Source: Macrostomum lignano (lineage: Eukaryota). From it: a stretch of 64,000 bases of DNA. Location: assembly GCA_002269645.1 (NCBI GenBank), contig NIVC01001037.1:62001-126000 (forward strand). The letters run 5' to 3'. The notes under the pieces were generated by a model. That model had not been told where the DNA came from and ran no database searches. It saw only the letters and a program-made list of their open reading frames with translations. The position numbers were made by a program, and so were the translations under genes. How positions within the stretch are numbered: the first letter of the stretch is position 1; every line of letters begins with the position of its first letter. This document shows positions 15,972 to 28,200 of this stretch, one piece after another.

Positions 15972-18900
15972 CAGTTAGCTAGTTAGTTAGCTAGTGAGTT
16001 AGTTAGCTAGTGAGTTAGTTAGTTAGTTAGCTAGTTGATTAGTTAGTTAGTCAGTTAGCTAGTTAGTTAGCTAGTGAGTTAGTTAGTTAGTTTGCTAGTT
16101 ACTTAGTTAGCTAGCTAGTTAGTTAGTTAGCTAGTTACTTAGTTAGTTAGCTAGCTAGTTAGTTAGCTGGCTAGTTAGTTAGTTAGTTAGCTAGCTAGTT
16201 AGTTAGTTAATTAGCTAGTTACTTAGTTAGTTAGTAATTTCAAGTAAACGAATCTAACTAACTAACTAACTAAAGAGTCTAAGTCTAACTAAAGAGTTAG
16301 TTAGTTAGTTAGTTAGTTAGATTCGTTTACTTGAAATTACTCAACATAGAGTAGAGAGATACAAGAAATTCCAATAAAAAATCATGGCGACGTTCCGTTC
16401 CCATAGCAACCGCATCGGACTCGAGGACAGCGCAGACGGGCTCAGACGCCGACAGTCAGGAGTGGACGCAGGTGGTGCAACGTCGGCGTTCCAGAAGGCG
16501 CTCTGGCGGCGGCGGAGTTTCCGGTTCCAGCGCTTCCGCCCCGCAGCAGGCGCAGCAGCAGCAGGACGAGCTGGACTTCATGTTCGACTGCGAGACCGAG
16601 CCGTCCGCCTCGTTGCAGCCGCCTCCTGGCTCGGCGTCCGGCCGCGGTGGTGGCAGCGCCGGCGGCGGCGGCGGCAGCAGCCGGTCCCGGGCGATCTCAA
16701 CTACCGAGGACGAAGTGTCCGAGTCCGATCTCAACCGGCTCATCATTGTGGCGCCCTACGGCGGCGGTGGCGCTTCGGGATCGGGCGGTTCAGCGGCTGG
16801 CGCTTTGCAGCAGCGGCACGGAGGCGGCGGCAGCGGCGCCACGGCGAAGCACCCGGGCGGAGACCGGCGCTCGGCGGCTGACCACGTGCCCAGGTGCAAC
16901 CGAATGACTCACGAACTCGCCAGGCAGATTGACGACGGCTTGGTGAACTACGAGGCGGAGATCTGGCGCGTTGCTGGCGCCAGCGGCGGGTCGGCTGCCG
17001 CGGCAGCGGAAATCTCGCCATCGTCGTCGGTGACATCGTCGGCCGCTTCAATCGGCGGCGGGCATCGCAAAGTGCAGCTGGTATCGGAGGAGAGGCTTCG
17101 GGCGGCGCAGAGAAGCCTGTCGGGCTCGCGGGAGCATCTGCAGCCTCCGCAGCAGCCGCCGCCCCCGCCGCCGCCGCCGCCGCCGCCACCGCCCCCTTCC
17201 TCCGCCTACTCAGCGATGGGCCAGGCTGGCCGCCCCTCCGGCCGGTTCTTTCCCGTGTACGCCGAGAAGCAGGCCAGCCAGCCGCCAAGGGAGGGCGCAC
17301 CCAGGAAGCAGAAGACTCGGCACAGCGCTAACCCGCCCCAGGAGCAGAGCATTGGCTACGTGTTCGACGTCAGGGAGCACCGGGTTCGGTCCAGGACCTC
17401 CTCTACTAGCAGCAACTACAGGTGCAGAAGGCGGTAGAGGAATGCAGCATAATTATCCCTGAGCTTCACAAACTGATTGAGCTTCACAACCCTGGGCTTC
17501 ACAAACCCTGAGCTTCACAACCCTGAGCTTCACAAACCCTGAGATTCACAGACCCTCAGCTTCACAAACCCTGAGCTTCACAACCCTCAGCTTCACAAAC
17601 CCTGAACTTCACAAACTGATTGAGATTCACAAACCCTGATCTTCACAAACCCTGAGATTCACAAACCCTGAGATTCACAAACCCTCAGATTCACAACCAT
17701 GTAATGAGCGGGATATACGATTCAATTATTATTATAAAGAAATACTGTTTTACACCACGTCAAATTCACCGCTCGTTAACAACTGCCCATTCAACTGTTG
17801 GAATCTCTATCCCTCTGCCTTCATCCAGCGAGTTCAGCTCCGTGGCCTCCAGCCTGCCCAACAATCTGCCCAGCTGCGTGCCCCAGTGCCCGCCTGCCAC
17901 CGGCGTGCACCCTTCGCAGGTGCTGCTTCAGGAGCAGGGCTTCAACTTTGTCGATTATAACCATTATCATAGGCGCTGTCTGCAAGGTGAGCATTGACCA
18001 TTGGATAGTCTCAACTTTATCGTCAGATATTCCCACCTTTTAGTTAAGATTATCTCACCCTCTATTCACATCTCACCCTCTATTCACATCTCACCCTCTA
18101 TTCAAATTTCGCCTACATTCACATCTCACCCTCCATTCACATCTCACATCTTACCCTCCATTGACATCTCACACTCCATTCATATCTCACCCTCTATTTC
18201 ACATCTCATCCTCTATTCACATCTCATCCTCCATTCACATTCAAATCCTCTATTCACATCTAACCCTACATTCACATCTCACAGTCCATTCACATCTCAC
18301 CCTCTATTCACATCTCATCCTCCATTCACATCTCACTCTCCATTCTCATCACGCCGCCCTTCACCGCCGCCAGACCGCGAGAAGGAAGGCCCGGGCCACT
18401 CGCAAGAGATGAACACCCTGTACCGGTTCTGGTCATTCTTCCTGCGCGACAACTTCAACTGGAAGATGTACCACGAGTTCCGCCGGGTGGCTCTGGAGGA
18501 CAGCGCCGCCGGGCACCGCTACGGCCTGGAGTGCCTGTTCCGCTTCTATTCCTACGGCCTGGAGAAGCGCTTCCGCAAGGACATCTTCCGCGACTTCAAC
18601 GAGGAGACGCTGAAAGACTTCAAATCTGGCCAGCTGTACGGTCTGGAGAAGTTCTGGGCGCTGTTTAGATACTCGACTATCGATCCCGATGCTCTGGAGA
18701 TGAGCCCCGTGCTCAGGGAGGCCCTGACTCGCTACACTTCTATTGAGCACTTTAGAAGCGATAAGGTACGTCACGGAGTCTTTGTTCGTCTGTTTTTGCT
18801 AATTATGCTTTTAGAGTCTTTGTCCAATATGATTGATGCCTAGCATCATGTAGTTTTGAGGTCTTTGTCCAATCTGATTGATACCTACTATCATGTAGTT

Positions 18901-19502
18901 TTGAGGTCTTTCTCCAATCTGATTGATACCTACCATCATGCAGCTTTGAGGTCTTTGTCCAATCTGATTGAATGCTGCCATCAGATTCTGTAGCTTTGAG
19001 GTCTTTGTCCAATCTGATTGATACCTACTATCATGTAGTTTTGAGGTCTTTCTCCAATCTGATTGATACCTACCATCATGCAGCTTTGAGGTCTTTGTCC
19101 AATCTGATTGAATGCTGCCATCAGATTCTGTAGTCTTTGTACCGGTACTATAGGTAACCTATAGGTACCTATAAACTAGCTATTTTCTCCCAGTCTTCCC
19201 AATGCCAGTCGAGCTGTTAAATCCCCACTCCCCAATCCCCACCCCAAAACCCGCAGTTCATCCCGCCCCAGGGCTTCTTCGTCCGCAAGCGCAACCGGAA
19301 CTCGCGCTGCTACAGCGAGTCCGAGGGCGCAGCCGCCGCTGTTGCCGCAGCGGCAGCAGCCGCCGTCAACAACGGGCCAAGCAACGGAGGCGCGAAACAA
19401 AGACTCAGCGTTGGCCAATCAGCGCCGGCCACGCGCTCGGCATCCGCGGCAGCGTCTGGCGCGGCCACGCCCGTGCTGGGCAGCAGCGCGCCCTCCAATT
19501 GA
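11438..19502 (+). CDS. LARP1: La-related protein 1 (about 1197 aa). Exons 11438-12254, 13168-13359, 13951-14327, 15012-15315, 15457-15549, 16407-17421, 17829-17986, 18374-18765, 19257-19502
   Basis: La motif ([47 protein letters not shown]), PAM2 ([10 protein letters not shown]), LARP1 blocks [23 protein letters not shown] and [12 protein letters not shown], and the DM15 domain ([44 protein letters not shown]). All introns are GT-AG and phase-consistent. The start codon is less certain because an acceptor-like CAG lies at 11432-11434. Confidence 0.95.
12305..13088. repeat. GACA/GGTA-derived minisatellite converging on a 26-mer (GACAGGCAGATTTACAGACACAGGTA), LARP1 intron 1
   Basis: Tandem copies; degenerate at the left, homogeneous at the right. 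Confidence 0.95.
13410..13715. repeat. Adjacent related 23-mer (TATAGAATAGCAATATTTAGTTR) and 30-mer (AAGCCTATAGAAACCTGAGCAATACCCAAT) arrays, LARP1 intron 2
   Basis: Both share TATAGAA..GCAATA. Confidence 0.9.
14368..14892. repeat. 43-bp minisatellite, about 12 copies, LARP1 intron 3
   Basis: GGGTCAGCAGGTGAGATAAGATGGGTCACAGTCACTGATCAGT. Confidence 0.95.
15575..16341. repeat. (TTAG)n/(CTAG) microsatellite ending in a 41-bp-arm inverted repeat, LARP1 intron 5
   Basis: Tetramer array; arms 16233-16273 and 16301-16341. Confidence 0.95.
17455..17700. repeat. 16-bp minisatellite (AAACCCTGAGCTTCAC), LARP1 intron 6
   Basis: Tandem copies. Confidence 0.92.
18045..18350. repeat. 18-bp minisatellite (ACATCTCACCCTCTATTC), LARP1 intron 7
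   Basis: Tandem copies; produces a spurious N-terminal extension of ORF 18001-18843. Confidence 0.92.
18815..19135. repeat. 45-50-bp repeat with a 140-bp higher-order duplication, LARP1 intron 8
   Basis: The block starting at 18901 recurs at 19041. Confidence 0.92.
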
Positions 19503-20867
19503 GTCTTTGTTGCTGTTTGTTTATCTTGATTGGATTTTTGACGGTTTGAGTTCCGGTACATGGACTGCTAATGCGGGATTAGCTGGACTGGAAACTGACG
19601 CAAGTGAAGTGGCCGCATAATCATTTACCAACTGCCATTCGCTTAGAGAGTTTATTTTTTCTGCAGAAATTTCCTTCCAGTCCAGCTGCTGTTTGTTGTC
19701 CATGTTTTATTTAAAAGTTTCTTTTTCCGGAATTAATTTTGCACATAACGAACAGCGTATTTTTGAATATTTTTTTCTTCGAGCGAATCGTGCGAAACCG
19801 AAGACAAAAAGGCGGCATGACTTTTTTCTGTAATTTTTCGGCTAATTAACTTTTTGAAATAGTTGGTCCGCGCTATCCTACTGTAAGTAGCTGCACAGTT
19901 GAACATATTTAATTTTAACTTCTATGCGTGTTTCTTTGTCTTGGACTCTTGGAATAATAAAATTTCTCCCTACCCTCTGGTTTCGGTTGTTCGCCGTGCT
20001 GTGGAGACCTGCGGCCCTTGTTCACCTGTAATTGTTTGTTTTTTTACAATTTTACTTATTTCAAATGCTTTTTCAATAACAAACAGCTCGCGTAACTTTT
20101 GTTAATTATAATATAAAATTTCTTCAAATTCTTGGCGCCTTAATTAATACAAAAACAACTGCCACAGTCCCTGAGATCCCTGGACCGCATGCTTGGTACC
20201 GTCTTCCCAAATTTTTTTAATTAACCTCGAGCTGACACAAATAGGACTTAACTTGCAATAGCGGTAATTCTGTTTCTACTGCAACTTTTCTGCTTGAAGT
20301 CTGCTTTTTAGAAGAATTAAAATTTAAATTGCTGTGCATCATTTCAATAATATTAATAATATGTTGCATAGATGATTTGTCCTTGTTTATCAATTACCGC
20401 ATCGCTTTTCATTGTCCCATGCTTATATTGCCTATTGATTTGTGTTAGGGATATCGTGTCAACTTCTATACTTGATTGAGTGTTTTAGAGTAAGTACCTG
20501 ATATGATGTAAAGTTATGTAATCTCTTGCTTCAGGTTTTAGTCGCTATCATTACTCATAAGTCTTACTTTTCCGAGATAAAAAATTAACCCACTCTAACT
20601 GACTACTGTTTCCCGCTCCAGTCAGTAGTATAATTGTATCGGTTTTTTCTTGCTGCGAATTTAGGCCGCACTGTTTTTGCATGCCAACTAGTGCTGCTAA
20701 GTCTGTTGCTTTAATTAATCTGTTGCTTTGCCGCTGTTCAGGTAAATAAAATTGCTAGCTAAAAGTTTTGGGAGTATTTTGTCACTTCTCCCCCTCCCTT
20801 CTTTGGTGGCTGATCCGCTGAAATCCTCGAGCAATTCTGTTTGCTAATTTGAGTTTAAGAGGATACT

Positions 20868-22460
20868 GACTGTCATAAGCTATCTCAGGCTGTGTCATAA
20901 GCTGTCACGATGTGTCATAAGCTATGTCAGGCTGTTTCATAAGCTATGTCAGGCTGTGTCATAAGCTATGTCAGGCTGTGTCATAAGCTATGTCAGGCTG
21001 TGTCATAAGCTGTCAGGCTGTTTCATAAGCTATGTCAGGCTGTGTCATAAGCTATGTCAGGCTGTGTCATAAGCTATGTCAGGCTGTGTCATAAGCTATG
21101 TCAGGCTGTGTCATAAGCTGTGTCAGGCTGTGTCATAAGCTATGTCAGGCTGTGTCATAAGCTGTGTCAGGCTGTGTCATAAGCTGTGTCAGGCTGTGTC
21201 ATAAGCTGTGTCAGGCTGTGTCATAAGCTGTGTCAGGCTGTGTCATAAGCTATGTCAGGCTGTGTCATAATCTATGTCAGGCTGTGTCATAATCTATGTC
21301 AGGCTGTGTCATAAGCTGTGTCAGGCTGTGTCATAATCTATGTCAGGCTGTGTCATAAGCTGTGTCAGGCTGTGTCATAAGCTGTGTCAGGCTGTGTCAT
21401 AAGCTATGTCAGGCTGTGTCATAAGCTATCTCAGGCTGTGTCATAAGCTATGTCAGGCTGTGTCATAATCTATGTCAGGCTGTGTCATAATCTATGTCAG
21501 GCTGTGTCATAAGCTGTGTCAGGCTGTGTCATAATCTATGTCAGGCTGTGTCATAAGCTGTGTCAGGCTGTGTCATAAGCTGTGTCAGGCTGTGTCATAA
21601 GCTGTGTCAGGCTGTGTCATAAGCTGTGTCAGGCTGTGTCATAAGCTATGTCAGGCTGTGTCATAATCTATGTCAGGCTGTGTCATAATCTATGTCAGGC
21701 TGTGTCATAAGCTGTGTCAGGCTGTGTCATAATCTATGTCAGGCTGTGTCATAAGCTGTGTCAGGCTGTGTCATAAGCTGTGTCAGGCTGTGTCATAAGC
21801 TATGTCAGGCTGTGTCATAAGCTGTGTCAGGCTGTGTCATAAGCTGTGTCAGGCTGTGTCATAAGCTATGTCAGGCTGTGTCATAATCTATGTCAGGCTG
21901 TGTCATAATCTATGTCAGGCTGTGTCATAAGCTGTGTCAGGCTGTGTCATAAGCTGTGTCAGGCTGTGTCATAAGCTGTGTCAGGCTGTGTCATAAGCTA
22001 TGTCAGGCTGTGCCATAAGATATGTCAGGCTGTGTCATAAGCTATGTCAGGCTGTGTCATAATCTATGTCAGGCTGTGTCATAATCTATGTCAGGCTGTG
22101 TCATAAGCTGTGTCAGGCTGTGTCATAAGCTGTGTCAGGCTGTGTCATAAGCTGTGTCAGGCTGTGTCATAAGCTATGTCAGGCTGTGTCATAATCTATG
22201 TCAGGCTGTGTCATAATCTATGTCAGGCTGTGTCATAAGCTGTGTCAGGCTGTGTCATAAGCTGTGTCAGGCTGTGTCATAAGCTATGTCAGGCTGTGTC
22301 ATAAGCTGTGTCAGGCTGTGTCATAAGCTGTGTCAGGCTGTGTCATAAGCTATGTCAGGCTGTGTCATAATCTATGTCAGGCTGTGTCATAATCTATGTC
22401 AGGCTGTGTCATAAGCTGTGTCAGGCTGTGTCATAAGCTGTGTCAGGCTGTTATAAGCTG
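20868..22460. repeat. 22-bp minisatellite (TGTGTCATAAGCTRTGTCAGGC), about 70 copies, intergenic
   Basis: Highly homogeneous tandem array. Confidence 0.98.
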
Positions 22461-23159
22461 TCAAACTGTCATAAGTTTGACATGATATCAAGCTTTGTAT
22501 AAGCTTTCCAGAGCTGTGTCAAGCTATCATAAGCTGTCATAGTTTGTATGTATTACGATCATCAGCTGTCATGAGAGCCTGTGTCCGGTGGTGCCGTAGG
22601 CGAATGTCGAAAGCACAATCGGAGTCGTTAAGCTTGCGCTCAATAGATCTGTCCATCTTTTATTTAAATCGCAACATATCGGTAGCCAGTATCGGTTATT
22701 TGATGTCACTCCCTCCAGTTGCTGCAGATGCACTTTTCTGGCTCAGTTTCAATAGGAGGGGGCAGACTGACAAGAGAGCTTGGTGGGGAGAAACCCAGTC
22801 TAGGGGGAAAACGATCCCAAGCTCCCTCAGTTCTTCCCTTGTTGTTTTCAACAATAAAATTGCAGTCTTTGAGGACAGTGAGACAGCAGACTGGCTCGCT
22901 ATTCAGTTCGGGTTTATATTGTCTCAGTCACGAACCGCTTGGAGATTTGCTTGTCCACCTGTCAGTCTCGCTGGTAGTCCTTCCGATTGTTCGCGATTTT
23001 CACGAATCGAGACTTTTTATCGGAGGTGGCTTGTGTGAGTGGGATGGAAGCATTTGACCATTTTTGTTGCCATTTAATAGTTACATGAAATTATGGTGCC
23101 ATCTGACATCTAGTTAGTAATACTTATTAGGGTGCCCACTGACAACCCTCAAGGCAACC

Positions 23160-24588
23160 CTCTAGCATCTATTTATGGCATATGGCATAATCTGACACTA
23201 ATTATGGCATCATCTGACACCAATATGTGGCATCATCTGACACCTATTTGTGGCATTATCTGACACCAATTATGGCATCATCTGACACCTATTTTTGGCA
23301 TTATCTGACACCTATTTGTGGCATTATCTGACACTAATTATGGCATTATCTGACACCTATTTGTGGCATCATCTGACACCTATTTTTGGCATTATCTGAC
23401 ACCTATTTTTGGCATTATCTGACACCTATTTGTGGCATTATCTGACACTAATTATGGCATTATCTGACACCTATTTGTGGCATTATCTGACACCTATTTG
23501 TGGCATTATCTGACACCTATTTGTGGCATCATCTGACACCTGTTTGTGGAATTATCTGACACCTATTCATGGCATCATCTGACACCTATTTGTGGCATTA
23601 TCTGACACCTATTTGTGGCATTATCTGACACCAATTATGGCATCATCTGACACCTATTTTTGGCATTATCTGACACCTATTTTTGGCATTATCTGACACC
23701 TATTTGTGGCATTATCTGACACTAATTATGGCATTATCTGACACCTATTTATGGCATCATCTGACACCTATTTTTGGCATTATCTGACACCTATTTTTGG
23801 CATTATCTGACACCTATTTTTGGCATTATCTGACACCTATTTGTGGCATTATCTGACACCTATTTGTGGCATTATCTGACACCTGTTTGTGGCATTTTCT
23901 GACACCAATTTGTGGCATTATCTGACACTAATTATGGCATTATCTGACACCTATTTGTGGCATTATCTGACACCTATTTGTGGCATTATCTGACACCTAT
24001 TTGTGGCATTTTCTGACACCAATTTGTGGCATTATCTGACACTAATTATGGCATTATCTGACACCTATTTTTGGCATTATCTGACACCTATTTGTGGCAT
24101 TATCTGACACCTATTTGTGGCATTATCTGACACCTATTTGTGGCATTTTCTGACACCAATTTGTGGCATTATCTGACACTAATTATGGCATTATCTGACA
24201 CCTATTTGTGGCATTATCTGACACCTATTTGTGGCATTATCTGACACCTATTTGTGGCATCATCTGACACCTATTTGTGGAATTATCTGACACCTATTCA
24301 TGGCATCATCTGACACCTATTTGTGGCATTATCTGACACCTATTCATGGCATCATCTGACACCTATTTGTGGCATTATCTGACACCTATTTGTGGCATTT
24401 TCTGACACCAATTATGGCATCATCTGACACCTATTCATGGCATCATCTGACACCTATTTGTGGCATTATCTGACACCTATTCATGGCATCATCTGACACC
24501 TATTTGTGGCATTATCTGACACCTATTTGTGGCATTTTCTGACACCAATTTGTGGCATCATCTGACACCTGTTTGTGGCATTATCTGT
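23160..24588. repeat. 23-bp minisatellite (TTATCTGACACCTATTTGTGGCA), about 60 copies, upstream of RBM24
   Basis: Tandem array. Confidence 0.98.
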
Positions 24589-25205
24589 AGAATGTTGGCA
24601 TAGTCTGACCCCCTACTACACATATCGCCATATTTTTTAAAGATCGGGAAAAAACAGTCCCTAAAACTTCAAACACAGACTGAAGCATTTCCGCCACAAT
24701 TATCTGGCAAAGCCAAATGCTCATAGTGCCTATAAACAACTTTGTTGATGAGCATATATACCGCGCGCTACAGCTTTTGGCCAGCCTCTCTGACACGCAT
24801 CTTAGACTAGACTGTAATTCTAATGACCTGAACAAATTTATTGGCCCAATCTTGTTTCAGCCAATGGGCAGAGGGCGTCAGATGCGTAGGCAGTTGTAGG
24901 TCTGCTCTGTCTGCCAGCAATTGTGTGTGCTGGTGGCTCCTGCGCCCCCCCTCCCCTCCCCTCCAAGGGGGCAGAGGGCCGCCCGATGACGGAGGGGTGT
25001 TGTTTCGGCGGAGGCTGGGGTGGCCGCTGGTGGGGCTGGAAATTGTTTTGCAACTGTGTAGCCGCCGCATCCGAGGGCCAGCCGGCCGGGTGTGGAATAA
25101 AAGGTGCCCTAACCCTGCTTTTCCGCTGTGCAGCAGCAGCTCTCTTTGGCTGACAGCCCCAACCGCAAGTTCGCCCAGGAAAAAGCAGCAGCAGGTTCAG
25201 CGACA

Positions 25206-28200
25206 ATGTCTTCCAACTCGTCATCGCCGCTGGTGCACCAGAAGGACACAACCTACACGAAGATCTTCGTGGGCGGCCTGCCGTACCACACCACGGACGA
25301 GACGCTGAGGAAATACTTTGAGCAGTTCGGCGACCTGGACGAAGCGGTGGTCATCACGGATAGGAACACAAATAAGAGCCGGGGCTACGGATTCGTGAGT
25401 AGCCGCCGGGACTGGGACAGCCGGGCTGAGATTGCGAGATTTTGGAGTGAGATAGCAAGATTTCGGAGTGAGCTTACGAGATTCTGGAGTGAAATTGTGA
25501 GATTTTGCAGTAAGATTGTGAGATTTCAGAGTGATATTGCGAGATTTTGGAGTGAGATTGAGAGATTCTGGAGTGAGATTGCGAGATTTCATAGTGAGAT
25601 TGTGAGATTTCAGAGTGAGACTGTGAGATTTCAGAGTGAGATTGTGAGATTTCAGAGTGAGACTGTGAGATTGTGAGATTTCAGAGTCAGACTGTGAGAT
25701 TTCAGAGTGAGATTGTGAGATTTCAGAGTGAGACTGTGTGATTTCAGAGTGAGACTGTGAGATTTCAGAGTGAGACTGTGAGATTGTGAGATTTCAGAGG
25801 GAGACTGTGAGATTTCTGAGTGAGACTGTGAGATTGTGAGATTTCAGAGTGAAATTATGAGATTGAGACTGAGTGAGAGTTGAAGTGAGATCCTCACCTG
25901 TGGTTGTGAGACTTTAGGAAGAATAGTGAGGCAACCGGAGCCCAGACTTCAATATCTACAGGTGGAAAAAGTTAGAATACAAATTTCGAATGCTGCACAG
26001 TTAATAGCGAAACAGTTCCAGCGGAGCACCTGTGCGATGGCGCCCCAGTCTGGATAATGCAACTGCAAAATAAACTGCCTCTGTGGGTCAATTAGGCAGG
26101 CCGGGAACCTGCAGAGCTGCCCCATGGCTGCAGCGGACTTACCAACCAGCCTCCAACCCCCATCCCAAACCGCCCCTGTTGCTGCCCGCCGCATTCCCTC
26201 CGCCTGTGAGGCTGCGTGAGATGAGGCTTGAAGTTATTGTTCCACCAACGTTGCCGCCCGCGTCCTCAATGCAAATTTCTGCAGTTTAACTGAGGCTGGA
26301 GAGCCCGCAGCCTCCTGTCTCCCTCTCTGCCCCCCCTCTCCTTCCCACCCCTTCCCCTGCTACTGTTCTGTCAGCCGCTGGGAGCCATACAATCATCATT
26401 TTTAATAGTTTTATATTTTCAGCTAAACACTATTTCTCTTCTAAAAGCTGCAAATCTGCCTGATTCAGCTTTTGGCTTGCCCGATGGCCCACTGGTAACA
26501 CCTGCAGACAGTCCAAGACTTTGCCATCAATAAAAGCAAAGGTTAATTGCCCGCCTGACCCCGGGGGGGGCAGCCCCCTAGCCAGTTTCTTCAGCCGTTG
26601 CTGATGGAGCTGCGGGCACCAAAAGCGGAAAACTTTGTACAGCCCCAGTCGGTTGATAAGAGAACAAACCATTTTCTGCTTTCTGTGCCGGGCTGGTCTG
26701 ACCCAAAATCCTACGCCGGCACAATTATCCCCGCTTTCTTCCCCTTCCCACTCTCGTCCCCTGTCGGCCGAGTCTGTACACTTGAACAGCGAAGCGCGAA
26801 AGCCAAGGGGATTTTGGAAGATTTCGTGTGCGTCATGCGTCACAACTGCGCCTAGGGGGGGGGGGGCTCCCAGCAGACCCTCCAGCAGCCCCCAGTCCGA
26901 GAGTATTATCAGACTGAACCTTCTGTACCTCTTGTACCTTTTTTGGAGGCTTCGCGTTTGTTAGCAATCCAGCTTTTTGCATTTTTTGCTTCAATGTTGC
27001 AGAAGTAACAACTGGCATGCCTTTTAAGCTGATCCTTTTTAACCGATGCTTACTGACGGTTTCCCTCCGATTCTCTGCCCCGACAAATTTGAAATGAGAA
27101 ATACTTTCGCTTTGACGCTGGTATTGGCTTGGTTCTGACACTGGTATTGGCTTGGTTCTGACACTGGTATTGGCTTGGTTCTGACACTAGTATTGGCTTG
27201 GTCCTGACACTGGTATTGGCTTGGTCCTGACACTGGTATTGGCTTGGTCCTGACACTGGTATTGGCTTGGTCCTGACACTGGTATTGGCTTGGTCCTGAC
27301 ACTGGTATTGGCTTGGTCCTGACACTGGTATTGGCTTGGTCCTGACACTGGTATTGGCTTGGTCCTGACACTGGTATTGGCTTGGTCCTGACACTGGTAT
27401 TGGCTTGGTCCTGACACTGGTATTGGCTTGGTTCTGACACTGGTATTGGCTTGGTCCTGACACTGGTATTGGCTTGGTCCTGACACTTGTATTGGCTTGG
27501 TCCTGACACTGGTATTGGCTTGGTCCTGACACTGGTATTGGCTTGGTCCTGACACTGGTATTGGCTTGGTCCTGACACTGGTATTGGCTTGGTTCTGACA
27601 CTGGTATTGGCTTGGTCCTGACACTGGTATTGGCTTGGTTCTGACACTGGTATTGGCTTGGTTCTGACACTGGTATTGGCTTGGTTCTGACACTGGTATT
27701 GGCTTGGTTCTGACACTGGTATTGGCTTGGTTCTGACACTGGTATTGGCTTGGTTCTGACACTGGTATTGGCTTGGTTCTGACACTGGTATTGGCTTGGT
27801 CCTGACACTGGTATTGGCTTGGTTCTGACACTGGTATTGGCTTGGTTCTGACACTGGTATTGGCTTGGTTCTGACACTGGTATTGGCTTGGTCCTGACAC
27901 TGGTATTGGCTTGGTCCTGACACTTGAATTGGCTTGGTCCTGACACTGGTATTGGCTTGGTCCTGACACTTGAATTGGCTTGGTCCTGACACTGGTATTA
28001 GCCTGGTCCTGATACTTGAATTGGCTTGGTCCTGACACTGGTATTGGCTTGGTCCTGACACTGGCATTGGCTTGGTCCTGACACTGGTATTGGCTTGGTC
28101 CTGACACTGGTATTGGCTTGGTCCTGACACTTGAATTGGCTTGGTCCTGACACTGGTATTGGCTTGGTCCTGACACTGGTATTGGCTTGGTCCTGACACT

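Noticed and set aside
15575-16235. Telomeric repeat
   Set aside because: The unit is the tetramer TTAG/CTAG, not TTAGG or TTAGGG, and it lies inside an intron
22544-23057. 164-aa and 112-aa ORFs in the spacer between the two large arrays
   Set aside because: Non-ATG starts, no recognisable homology and no splice-linked partner exons
20868-24588. Regular 22-23-bp repeats as a CRISPR array
   Set aside because: Head-to-tail repeats with no unique spacers, no cas genes, and a eukaryotic context
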